Of a DNA stretch of 64,000 nt, positions 49,019 to 57,526 are shown piece after piece. How positions within the stretch are numbered: the first letter of the stretch is position 1; every line of letters begins with the position of its first letter. This DNA comes from an uncultured Actinomycetota bacterium (lineage in GTDB: Bacteria > Actinomycetota > Actinomycetes > Propionibacteriales > Nocardioidaceae). The stretch spans positions 238,375 to 302,374 of the forward strand of contig CAWABG010000001.1 of assembly GCA_963780245.1 (NCBI GenBank), in the 5' to 3' direction. A program made the translations under genes and the position numbers. The notes under the pieces are model-generated. The model was not told the DNA's origin and searched no databases. It was given only the letters and a program-made list of their open reading frames with translations.

Positions 49019-49034
49019 TTCATCACATGATGAA
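49019..49034. promoter_or_regulatory. palindromic operator over leaderless ABC transporter start (probable TetR site)
   Basis: TTCATCA-CA-TGATGAA overlapping -10 CATAAT (49014-49019) and ATG 49027. Confidence 0.7.
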
Positions 49035-49740
49035 ATCTGCTGTGGAGGTCACCGGTCTGACCGTGGTCCGTGGTGGGCGACCGGTGCTCAGAGACCTGGA
49101 CCTGCGGATCGAGCGCGGGGTGACCGGACTGCTCGGGCCTTCGGGCTGCGGCAAGTCGACGCTGATGCGGGCCCTGGTCGGCGCCCAGCAGGTGGCCGGA
49201 GGCGACATCACCATCTTCGGCGAGCCGGCCGGCAGTCGTCCGCTGCGCGACCGGGTCGGCTACGTCACCCAGGCCGCCAGCGTGTACGACGACCTGACCG
49301 TCACCGAGAACCTCCGGTTCTTCGCCCGGGTGCTCGGCGCCCACGACGCGCAGGTGAAGAACGCCGTCGAGGCGGTCGACCTCGACAGCCACTCGGACGT
49401 GGTTGTCGGCCGGCTCAGCGGCGGGCAGCGATCTCGGGCCAGCCTTGCGGTCGCGTTGCTCAATGAACCCGACCTCCTCGTACTCGACGAGCCGACGGTC
49501 GGCCTCGACCCGGTGCTGCGCCGCGACCTCTGGGAGATGTTCCACCGGCTGGCCGACCAGGGCGCGGTCGTCCTTGTCTCGAGCCATGTGATGGACGAGG
49601 CCGAGCGCTGCGACCGGCTGTTGCTGATGCGCGAGGGCGAGATCATCGCCGACGACACCCCCGATGCGATCAAGAGTCGGGCGGGCACCGACGACGTCGA
49701 GACCGCGTTCCTCAACATCGTGGAAGGAGCGGCGGCATGA
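49027..49740 (+). CDS. ABC-2 type exporter ATP-binding protein
   Basis: GPSGCGKST, LSGGQ, LDEPTVGLDP, SSHVMDEA. Confidence 0.93.
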   Translation: MMKSAVEVTGLTVVRGGRPVLRDLDLRIERGVTGLLGPSGCGKSTLMRALVGAQQVAGGDITIFGEPAGSRPLRDRVGYVTQAASVYDDLTVTENLRFFARVLGAHDAQVKNAVEAVDLDSHSDVVVGRLSGGQRSRASLAVALLNEPDLLVLDEPTVGLDPVLRRDLWEMFHRLADQGAVVLVSSHVMDEAERCDRLLLMREGEIIADDTPDAIKSRAGTDDVETAFLNIVEGAAA

Positions 49741-50471
49741 ACCTCCGCATCACTCTCGCGGTCACCGCCCGCGTGCTCACCCAGATCCGACGTGACCACC
49801 GCACCACGGCAATGCTGGTACTGGTGCCGACTCTGCTGATCACGCTGCTGTGGTGGATGTTTGAGGAGTCAGGTCCTGTCTTCGACCGAATCGGCCCGGC
49901 CCTGGTCGCACTGTTCCCCTTCATCGTGATGTTCCTCGTCACCAGCGTCACGACCTTGCGCGAGCGCTCCAGCGGCACCCTCGAACGGCTGCTCGCGATG
50001 CCGATGGGCAAGCTCGACTTCTTAATCGGGTACGCGATCGCTTTCGGCTTGGTGGCCGCCGTGCAGTCCGCGCTGGCCGTCGCGGTCAGCGTCGGGTTCC
50101 TCGACCTGGACGTGCGCGGACCGGTCCTGTTGCTGGGCGTGGTCGCGATCGCGGACGCGGTCCTGGGCACCGCGCTCGGGTTGTTCGTCTCGGCGTTTGC
50201 TCAGAGCGAGTTCCAGGCCGTCCAGTTCATGCCGCTCGTCGTGATCCCTCAGATCCTGTTGTGCGGCCTCCTGGTTGCGCGAGACTCACTGCCCGACGTG
50301 CTCAACGCGGTCTCCGACGCACTCCCGTTGTCATACGCCACGGATGCGATGCAGCACCTCACCCGGTCGACGTCGACCGGCGAAGTATGGAGCGACCTGG
50401 GGGTGGTGGCGGCATTCGCGTTGGCCGGGCTGGCGCTGGGAGCCGCGACCCTGCGTCGACGCACTCCCTGA
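49737..50471 (+). CDS. ABC-2 type exporter permease
   Basis: LRERSSGTLERLL, SEFQAVQFMP, about six TM segments. Confidence 0.92.
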   Translation: MNLRITLAVTARVLTQIRRDHRTTAMLVLVPTLLITLLWWMFEESGPVFDRIGPALVALFPFIVMFLVTSVTTLRERSSGTLERLLAMPMGKLDFLIGYAIAFGLVAAVQSALAVAVSVGFLDLDVRGPVLLLGVVAIADAVLGTALGLFVSAFAQSEFQAVQFMPLVVIPQILLCGLLVARDSLPDVLNAVSDALPLSYATDAMQHLTRSTSTGEVWSDLGVVAAFALAGLALGAATLRRRTP

Positions 50472-50509
50472 GCGCAGAACCGCCGACGTCCCGGCGTACC
50501 GTTTGCGCC

Positions 50510-51445
50510 ATGTCGTTGCTCCGGGAACCGCTGCTGCTGCTGTCCCGCAGCACCACCGTCAAGAAGCTGGTCAGCACTCTGCCGGTGTCAGCGGGGATCG
50601 TCAGGAGCTACGTCCCCGGAGAGACGACCGAGACCGCGGTTGCCGCGACCGGACGGCTGGTTGGCGACGACCTCACGGTCACCCTCGACTTCCTCGGCGA
50701 GGACACCCTCGACGCCGACCAGGCCGAAGCCACGGTGGCGGCGTACGTCGCCCTGCTCAGGCAGCTCTCGGCTGCCGGACTGCAGAGCAAGGCCGAGGTC
50801 TCGGTGAAGCTGTCGGCGATCGGCCAGGCGCTGCCGGACGTCGGCCACAAGATCGCCCTCGAGAACGCCCGCAGCATCTGCCGAGCCGCCCGGAATGCCG
50901 GCACCGCAGTCACCCTGGACATGGAGGACCACACCACGACCGACTCGACGCTGGCGATCCTGCAGGACCTGCGCAAGGACTTCCCCGAGACCGGCGCGGT
51001 GCTGCAGGCCTACCTGCACCGCACCGAGGCCGATTGTCGTGCGCTCGCCCACGAGGGGTCGCGGGTCCGGCTGTGCAAGGGCGCCTACAACGAGCCGGAA
51101 TCGGTCGCCTTCCAGGGCCGCATGGACGTCGACAAGTCCTACGTGCGCTGCCTCAAGGTGCTGCTCGGCGGGCAGGGCTACCCGATGATCGCCACCCACG
51201 ACCCGCGGATGGTCGAGATCGCGTCGTCGCTGGCCAGCCGCTACGGCCGGGCCCAGGGGACCTACGAGTTCCAGATGCTCTACGGCATCCGGCCCGAGGA
51301 GCAGAAGCGTCTCGCCTCCAGCGGGGAGACGGTGCGTGTCTACCTGCCCTACGGCGGGGAGTGGTACGGCTACCTGATGCGCCGGCTCGCCGAACGCCCG
51401 CAGAACCTGGCGTTCTTCCTCAGGTCGCTGGTCTCCAAGAAGTAG
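50510..51445 (+). CDS. monofunctional proline dehydrogenase
   Basis: TLDFLGE, SVKLS, LDMED, VLQAYL, RLCKGAY, ATHD, EFQMLYG, YLMRRLAERP. Confidence 0.95.
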   Translation: MSLLREPLLLLSRSTTVKKLVSTLPVSAGIVRSYVPGETTETAVAATGRLVGDDLTVTLDFLGEDTLDADQAEATVAAYVALLRQLSAAGLQSKAEVSVKLSAIGQALPDVGHKIALENARSICRAARNAGTAVTLDMEDHTTTDSTLAILQDLRKDFPETGAVLQAYLHRTEADCRALAHEGSRVRLCKGAYNEPESVAFQGRMDVDKSYVRCLKVLLGGQGYPMIATHDPRMVEIASSLASRYGRAQGTYEFQMLYGIRPEEQKRLASSGETVRVYLPYGGEWYGYLMRRLAERPQNLAFFLRSLVSKK

Positions 51446-51448
51446 GGC

Positions 51449-52356
51449 TCACGAGTTCGCGATCAGCTGCCACTCCTCGAGCTTCTCGGCGATCATCGCC
51501 GCGCGACCCTTGAGGTCACTGCCGTCCATGAGCTCGGCGTCGTCGGGTGCGGCGCGCAGGTAGACCCCCGATGTCCGGATGTTCAGGGTCGGGTCGGTCT
51601 GCGAGCGGGTGATCCAGTAGCCACTGGCCCGGTCGACGGCCTCGAGCCGGATCTCCCCGGTGCCTTCGAGCTGCGGTGCGTCCGGGTGCCGCGGTCGCTC
51701 GCCGTTCCAGAAGTAGAAGATGCCCGAGGGGTCGCGGTGCTCCTTGGCCGCCTCGCTCCGGTACCGCGCCGACAGCGTGCCGTCCTCCTGCCAGGCCGAG
51801 CCGCTCACCTGCAGTGCGCCGAACCGGTCGCGGTCGATGCGCAGCAGGCTGACCGCCGACGGCTCGCTCTCGCTGCGCATGGTCAGCGAGTGCTGCCACC
51901 AGAGCCCTGCGATCTTCGCCAGGTGACCCTCGGCCTCGATCGCGTTGCGGAGCTTCTGGATGATCTCCTCGACCTGCGCCGCGGTGGTCTCGGCGTACCG
52001 GACGGAGGTCAGCCCGAGCAGGTCGCTCGGCAGCTTGGCGCCGTTGGCGTGCAGGATGAACGTCCGCTTCATCCCGATCACGCCGCCGAACAGACCCGCC
52101 TCGAACACCACGTTGTCGCGCGGCGACGCCTGCCCGGGCGCCTCCCCGTGGGAGGTCCAGTCGTCCTGGGCGAAGATGAACGCCGCGAAGTCGACCTCGT
52201 GGGTCAGGTCGACGAGGCGCTGGAGCGTCGAGGTGCCGGGGTTGAACGTGGTGGCCACGGCTCGACGTCGGCGATGTCCTCGAGGCCGCGCGTGAGCGAG
52301 TAGAGCAGCTCTGCCTGCTGTCCGGACGAACCGAGGAAGATCCGAGGCTTGGTCAC
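51449..52356 (-). pseudogene. TIR-like (CAP12/Pycsar-type) nucleotide-binding protein with 1-bp frameshift
   Basis: GTG 52356 gives MTKPRIFLGSS...DVEPW; the frame shifts at 52254/52255 to TTFNPG...VDFAAFIFAQDD...PRDNVVFEAGLFGG. Confidence 0.8.
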
Positions 52357-52404
52357 CCCGGAATCCTAGAGCGCGAACCGCTGGCGACCTGTCATGCTTT
52401 CGGG

Positions 52405-53208
52405 GTGAAGCAGACCGCGATCCTTGGTGCTGGAGTGATGGGGGAGACCCTGCTCTCCGGGCTGGTGCGCGCCGGCCGCCGGGTCGACCAGCTGCTGGTC
52501 GGCGAGAAGCGCGCCGACCGGGCCGCCGAGCTCGAGGAGCGCTACGGCGTCGCCGTCGTCTCCAACATCGAGGCCGCCACCAAGGCCGACACGCTGGCCC
52601 TTGTCGTGAAGCCACAGGACATGGGGGACCTGCTGGACGAGATCTCCGGGGTGCTCCGTCCGGGCCAGCTGGTCGTCTCGCTCGCCGCCGGCATCACCAC
52701 TGCGTTCATCGAGTCGCGGGCTCCCGAGGGGGTGGCCGTGGTCCGGGTGATGCCCAACACGCCCGCCCTGGTCGACGAGGGCATGGCCGCCATCTCGCCC
52801 GGCTCCCACTGCGACGAGGAGCACCTGGTGGAGGCCGAGGAGCTGATGGCCTCGGTCGGTCGGGTCCTGCGGATCCCCGAGAGACAACAGGACGCGGTCA
52901 CCGCGATCTCCGGCTCCGGGCCGGCGTACATCTTCTTCGTGGTCGAGTCGATGATCGAGGCGGGAGTCCATCTCGGCCTGCCCCGGGCCACGTCGAGCGA
53001 CCTGGTCATCCAGACGCTGTTCGGCTCGGCCAAGATGCTGCGCGAGACCGGCACCCACCCGACCGTGCTGCGCGAGCAGGTCACCTCACCGGGCGGTACC
53101 ACCGCCTCGGCACTGCGCGAGCTGGAGATCCACAAGGTTCGGGCAGCCTTCCTGGCCGCGATGGAGGCAGCGCGGAACCGGTCCCGTGAACTCGCCGAAG
53201 GCAGCTGA
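52405..53208 (+). CDS. proC: pyrroline-5-carboxylate reductase
   Basis: AILGAGVMG, VVKPQ, SLAAG, RVMPNTP, AISGSGPAY, VTSPGGTT. Confidence 0.97.
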   Translation: MKQTAILGAGVMGETLLSGLVRAGRRVDQLLVGEKRADRAAELEERYGVAVVSNIEAATKADTLALVVKPQDMGDLLDEISGVLRPGQLVVSLAAGITTAFIESRAPEGVAVVRVMPNTPALVDEGMAAISPGSHCDEEHLVEAEELMASVGRVLRIPERQQDAVTAISGSGPAYIFFVVESMIEAGVHLGLPRATSSDLVIQTLFGSAKMLRETGTHPTVLREQVTSPGGTTASALRELEIHKVRAAFLAAMEAARNRSRELAEGS

Positions 53209-53223
53209 GCGTTCGTTGCTTTT

Positions 53224-53290
53224 GGGATAGTCCGCCTTCTACGGCACCCTTCGGACGCCCTGGGGGGTGCTCTGCGCGGCGGACTATCCC
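53224..53290. terminator. long hairpin between convergent proC and trpS
   Basis: GGGATAGTCCGCC ... GGCGGACTATCCC 13-bp perfect arms, with inner GCACCC/GGGTGC stem. Confidence 0.65.
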
Positions 53291-53291
53291 G

Positions 53292-54266
53292 TCAGAGGCC
53301 CATCGCTGCGTGGGCCGCGGCGAGGACCGGCTCGGTGACCTCGCGGCAGCGGGCTGCGCCGGCCTCGTAGACGCCGGTGACGTACGTCGGGTCGGCGGCC
53401 AGCTCGGCGTACCTCTTCTGGAGCGGCTCGAGCTCGGCCAGCACCGCGTCGGTCACCGCTCGCTTGAGCGTCCCGTAGGTGGTGATGCCCGACGCCGATC
53501 CGCCGCAGGCGGCCAAGATGTCGAGCAGGTTGCTCACGCCGGGCTTGCTCTCCGCAGCCCGGACCGCGTCCGGCCCGGTGTCGCTGTCGGTGACCGCGCG
53601 CGCGACCTTTCGTCGTACGACGTCGGGCGGATCGAGCAGGTAGATCACGCCCGGACCGTCCCCGGACTTCGACATCTTGCGGCTCGGATCGGCGAGGTCG
53701 CGCAGCCGGGCGCCAGCCGGCGGTGTGCTGACCTCGGGGACCGTGAACACCTGGCCGTAGGTGCTGTTGAACCGGAGCGCCAGGTCGCGGGTCAGCTCGA
53801 CGTGCTGGCGCTGGTCGTCGCCGACCGGCACCCGCGCCGGCCGGTAGAGCAGGATGTCGGCGGCCATCAGCGCGGGGTAGGTGAGGAGCGAGGTGCGTGT
53901 GGACTCGCCGGCCCGGGACTTCTCCTTGAACTGGATCATCCGGCTCAGCTCGCCGGTGGTTGCCACGCACTCGAGGAGGTAGCCGAGCCGGCTGTGCGCC
54001 GGCACCCGGCTCTGCACGAACAGCGTGCTGTCGTCGAGGCCGGCGGCGAGCAGCAGCGTCGCCTGTTCGCGGATCCGTTCCCGCAACGCGGCCGGGTCCT
54101 GCGGCGTCGTGAGCGCGTGCAGGTCGGAGATGCCGTAGAAGCAGTCGGCGCGTTCCTGTTCGGCGGCCATCGGACGCAGCGCGCCGAGGAGATTGCCGAG
54201 GGTGAGGCGACCGCTCGGCGTGAGCAGCGACAGCCGTCGGTCGAGGGAGGTGGACGTGGTGGCCAT
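53292..54266 (-). CDS. trpS: tryptophan--tRNA ligase
   Basis: TPSGRLTLGN (HIGH-like), DLHALT, YPALMAADIL, VPVGDDQRQHVEL, KMSKS; RBS AAGGAG. Confidence 0.96.
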   Translation of the reverse strand: MATTSTSLDRRLSLLTPSGRLTLGNLLGALRPMAAEQERADCFYGISDLHALTTPQDPAALRERIREQATLLLAAGLDDSTLFVQSRVPAHSRLGYLLECVATTGELSRMIQFKEKSRAGESTRTSLLTYPALMAADILLYRPARVPVGDDQRQHVELTRDLALRFNSTYGQVFTVPEVSTPPAGARLRDLADPSRKMSKSGDGPGVIYLLDPPDVVRRKVARAVTDSDTGPDAVRAAESKPGVSNLLDILAACGGSASGITTYGTLKRAVTDAVLAELEPLQKRYAELAADPTYVTGVYEAGAARCREVTEPVLAAAHAAMGL

Positions 54267-54310
54267 GCGGATGCTCCTTGAGTGAGAGCCCACGGGACGA
54301 TCGCCAGGAC

Positions 54311-54340
54311 AAAAACAGAACGGCCGCCCATGGGCGGCCG
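54311..54340 (-). terminator. attenuator intrinsic terminator of trpS leader
   Basis: CGGCCGCCCATGGGCGGCCG hairpin followed on the minus strand by TTCTGTTTTT. Confidence 0.88.
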
Positions 54341-54374
54341 GGTGAGTGCGTGCTGCATCAGGTGGTCCGCCTGG

Positions 54375-54413
54375 TCAGGCGGGCCACCACTGGTACGAGC
54401 GGGATGTCAGCAC
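54375..54413 (-). CDS. trp leader peptide (12 aa, MLTSRSYQWWPA)
   Basis: GTG...TGG TGG...TGA upstream of the terminator and trpS; CAGACT -10-like hexamer 6 nt before GTG. Confidence 0.85.
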   Translation of the reverse strand: MLTSRSYQWWPA

Positions 54414-54448
54414 GGGTCCAGTCTGACACGACGAGTAAGTTGCGGCAC

Positions 54449-55639
54449 ATGAACGCCCCGGCCTGCGACGGTACGGCGAGTGTCGTGTTCGACCCGACGC
54501 TGACGCAGTACAACTTCGGGCCGCAGCACCCGTTGGCCCCGGTTCGCGTGGACCTGACCATCCGGCTCGCCGAGGAGCTTGGCGTACTGAAGGGGCTGCG
54601 GATGGTTCCCGCGCCGATGGCCGACGACGACCTGATCGCAACGGTGCACGACCCCGCCCTGATCGAGGCGGTCCAGCGGATGAGCGCTCGGCCCGGACCG
54701 GGTGAGGAGCTCCGCGGGCTCGGCACCGGCGACAACCCGGTGTTCGCCGGCATGCACCAGGCCGCGGCCCACGTGGTGGGCGCCAGCGTCGAGGCATTCC
54801 GGCAGGTGTGGTCGGGGGAGAGCCAGCACAGCGTCAACATCGCCGGCGGGCTGCATCACGCCATGCGCGACCGGGCCAGCGGGTTCTGCATCTACAACGA
54901 CGTCGCCGTCGGGATCCAGTGGCTGCTCGACCAGGGCGCCGAGCGGGTGGCGTACGTCGACGTCGACGTGCACCACGGCGACGGCGTCGAGGCGATCTTC
55001 TGGGACGACCCGCGGGTGCTCACCATCTCGCTGCACGAGTCGGGGCAGTTCCTGTTCCCCGGCACCGGCTTCGCCGAGGACACCGGCGGTGCCGACGCGC
55101 AGGGTACGGCGGTCAACGTCGCCCTGCCGCCCGGAACCGGTGACGCGGGCTGGCTGCGGGCGTTCCACGCGGTGGTGCCGCCGCTGGTCAGGGAGTTCGC
55201 GCCGGAGATCCTGGTGACCCAGCACGGCTGCGACTCCCATGCCGAGGACCCGCTCGCGGACCTGATGCTCAGCGTCGACGGCCAGCGGGCGGCGTACCAG
55301 GCGCTGCACGAGCTCGCCCACGAGGTGCCCGGCGGCCGATGGGTGGCGACGGGAGGGGGCGGCTATGCGCTCGTCCAGGTGGTGCCGCGGGCCTGGACGC
55401 ACCTGCTGGCGACCGTGGCCGGGCGCGCGCTCGACCCGGAGACGGCCGTGCCCGAGGCGTGGACGGAGCATGTGCGCGAGCTCCTCGGGGTGGAGGGCCC
55501 CAGCAGGCTCACCGACGGCCGTGAGCCGGCGTACCGGCCCTGGGAGGAGGGCTACGACCCCGGATCCTGGCTGGACCGGCAGGTGCACACCACCCGAAGC
55601 GCGGTTTTCCCGCTGCACGGGCTCGATCCGCTGCCCTGA
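54449..55639 (+). CDS. acuC: acetoin utilization protein AcuC / histone deacetylase family
   Basis: HPLAPVR, AGGLHHA, ASGFCIYND, DVDVHHGDG, FPGTG, GCDSHAEDPL, GGGGY. Confidence 0.93.
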   Translation: MNAPACDGTASVVFDPTLTQYNFGPQHPLAPVRVDLTIRLAEELGVLKGLRMVPAPMADDDLIATVHDPALIEAVQRMSARPGPGEELRGLGTGDNPVFAGMHQAAAHVVGASVEAFRQVWSGESQHSVNIAGGLHHAMRDRASGFCIYNDVAVGIQWLLDQGAERVAYVDVDVHHGDGVEAIFWDDPRVLTISLHESGQFLFPGTGFAEDTGGADAQGTAVNVALPPGTGDAGWLRAFHAVVPPLVREFAPEILVTQHGCDSHAEDPLADLMLSVDGQRAAYQALHELAHEVPGGRWVATGGGGYALVQVVPRAWTHLLATVAGRALDPETAVPEAWTEHVRELLGVEGPSRLTDGREPAYRPWEEGYDPGSWLDRQVHTTRSAVFPLHGLDPLP

Positions 55640-55791
55640 ACCCCTCGCAAGTCGACACGCCGGGTCACCATAGTTAACTTTTGGCAGGTCCTTCCCCATG
55701 AGTCACTCCAGGCCCTATTCTCACCAACGACGTGCGCGTGTGACACCGGTGGGGAAGCCGGTGCCGCGCGCCGAGGAAAGTGTGGTGCGCG

Positions 55792-55998
55792 ATGGCTACG
55801 AACTCATCCGGAGACCTCTCGGACCCGAAGTTCCTCACTGTTGCCGAGGTGGCCGCCATGATGCGGGTCTCCAAGATGACCGTCTACCGCCTGGTGCACG
55901 GGGGAGAGCTGCCGGCCGTCCGCGTCGGGCGCTCCTTCCGCGTCAAGGAGGACGACGTGGACGAGTACCTTCGCAAGAGCTTCTACAACGCTGGTTGA
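55792..55998 (+). CDS. small excisionase-like HTH DNA-binding protein (BdtA/Rv0500A-like)
   Basis: FLTVAEVAAMMRVSKMTVYRLVHGGELPAVRVGRSFRV; conserved position before bS22. Confidence 0.92.
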   Translation: MATNSSGDLSDPKFLTVAEVAAMMRVSKMTVYRLVHGGELPAVRVGRSFRVKEDDVDEYLRKSFYNAG

Positions 55999-56035
55999 CC
56001 CGGTCCGAGCCTGGGAGGACCGGACAGGTCATCCA

Positions 56036-56088
56036 GATCGAGGCGCCCCGCGACTGAGCTTGCGAAGTCGCTGCAGGCGTATCGAGAT
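56036..56088. repeat. REP-family hairpin (GATCGAG...GCGTATCGAGA)
   Basis: GCGACT-GAGCTTGCGA-AGTCGC stem-loop enclosed by family termini shared with the nadB repeat and the 34421 element. Confidence 0.65.
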
Positions 56089-56126
56089 TCGGTGAGTTCG
56101 CCTGCGACGCGAGCGGGCTCGCCCTT

Positions 56127-56216
56127 GGGAAGATTCACCGGTTATGCGGTGAATCTCCCGGTTCAGGTACGAAGGTTCGTACAACAACGGTCAGATTCAC
56201 CGGTTAACCGGTGAAT
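56127..56216. repeat. bipartite palindrome element, copy 2
   Basis: AGATTCACCG-GTTATG-CGGTGAATCT plus ATTCACCGGTTAACCGGTGAAT; 56171-56216 matches 37331-37376 at 44/46. Confidence 0.9.
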
Positions 56217-56350
56217 TGCGGCCACAGCAATCTCGACTCAAGTGGTGGACTTCATACCGCTCGATTCCGCGCGTCGCACCCCTCGCCGTTAGGCTGGGCC
56301 GCGTCTTCCGGACGTCTCCGGTGGGCGTCCAGTTCGGAGAGGTAAGCCCT

Positions 56351-56452
56351 GTGGGTTCAGTCATCAAGAAGCGGCGCAAGCGCATGGCCAAGAAGAAGCA
56401 CCGCAAGCTGCTCAAGAAGACGCGCGTTCAGCGCCGCAAGCTCGGCAAGTAG
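56351..56452 (+). CDS. 30S ribosomal protein bS22 (AURKAIP1/COX24 family)
   Basis: [33 protein letters not shown]. Confidence 0.97.
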   Translation: MGSVIKKRRKRMAKKKHRKLLKKTRVQRRKLGK

Positions 56453-56479
56453 CCCCGGCGCGGACCCCTCCCCACCGAC

Positions 56480-57526
56480 ATGGTCAGCCACAGCGGCAAG
56501 GTCGTCCTGGTCACCGGGGTATCCCGGGACCTCGGGCGTCGTTTCGCGCGCGCCCTGGCCGCCCATCCGGGCGTCGCCCGGGTCATCGGGGTCGACGTCG
56601 TACCTCCGCGAGGTGACATCGGCGACGTGACCTTTGTCCGCGCCGACATCCGCAACCCGGTCATCGCGAAGGTCCTTGCCAAGGAGGACGTCGACACCGT
56701 CGTCCACATGAGCGTGATCGCGACCCCGGGCAGTGCCGGCGGCCGCAGCACGATGAAAGAGCTCAACGTCATCGGGACCATGCAGCTCCTCGCCGCGTGC
56801 CAGAAGGCGCCGGGGGTCGAGCACCTGATCGTGAAGTCCACGACGACGGTCTACGGCGCGAGCAACCGCGACCCCGCGATGTTCACCGAGGACATGGAGC
56901 CCCGCCGCGCACCGCGCGAGGGCTACTCCAAGGACGTCGCGGAGATCGAGGGCTACGTGCGCGGCTTCGCGCGCCGTCGACCGGACTGCCGGGTCACCCT
57001 GCTGCGCTGCGCCAACGTGATCGGCCCACACGTCACCAGCCCGATCACTTCCTACTTCCGCCTGCCGGTGATCCCCAAGGTGCTCGGGTTCGACGCTCGG
57101 CTCCAGTTCCTGCACCAGAACGACCTGTTCTCGGTGCTGCAGCACGCGGTCGTCAACGACGTACCCGGCACCTTCAACGTCGCCGGCGACGGCATCCTGA
57201 TGCTGTCCCAGGCGATCCGCCGCCTGCAGCGCCCGTCGATCCCGCTGCCCGGCTTCGCGGTCGGTGGCGTCGGTTCGGGGCTGCGCTCAGCGCGACTGGC
57301 CGACTTCTCGCCGGAGCAGATGGCCTTCCTGACCTACGGGCGTGGCGTCGACACCACCCGGATGCGGTCCGACCTCGGCTTCGAGCCGGCGTACACCACG
57401 GCCGAGGCGTTCGCCGACTTCGCTGCGCTGCTGCCTCCGACCGGTGGCCGCACCGAACGGGCGCTCGCCGCGCTTGAGGCACAGCTCGTCGGACCCGAGA
57501 TACTGGGAGGTGGCACCCGTGGGTGA
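56480..57526 (+). CDS. NAD-dependent epimerase/dehydratase
   Basis: VVLVTGVS, ADIRNP, MKELNVIGTMQLLAACQ, VYG; conserved neighbour of bS22. Confidence 0.9.
   Translation: MVSHSGKVVLVTGVSRDLGRRFARALAAHPGVARVIGVDVVPPRGDIGDVTFVRADIRNPVIAKVLAKEDVDTVVHMSVIATPGSAGGRSTMKELNVIGTMQLLAACQKAPGVEHLIVKSTTTVYGASNRDPAMFTEDMEPRRAPREGYSKDVAEIEGYVRGFARRRPDCRVTLLRCANVIGPHVTSPITSYFRLPVIPKVLGFDARLQFLHQNDLFSVLQHAVVNDVPGTFNVAGDGILMLSQAIRRLQRPSIPLPGFAVGGVGSGLRSARLADFSPEQMAFLTYGRGVDTTRMRSDLGFEPAYTTAEAFADFAALLPPTGGRTERALAALEAQLVGPEILGGGTRG

Noticed and set aside
54270-54440. T-box riboswitch upstream of trpS
   Set aside because: No T-box consensus or specifier stem seen; the leader peptide and terminator explain the region.
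55664-55678. BldD box (GTCACCATAGTTAAC) upstream of the bdtA-like gene
   Set aside because: Right half deviates from TCAC-N5-GTGA at two positions; too weak without comparative data.
55792-55998. Excisionase of a prophage or ICE
   Set aside because: No integrase, att site or phage genes; this HTH gene is a conserved core neighbour of bS22.
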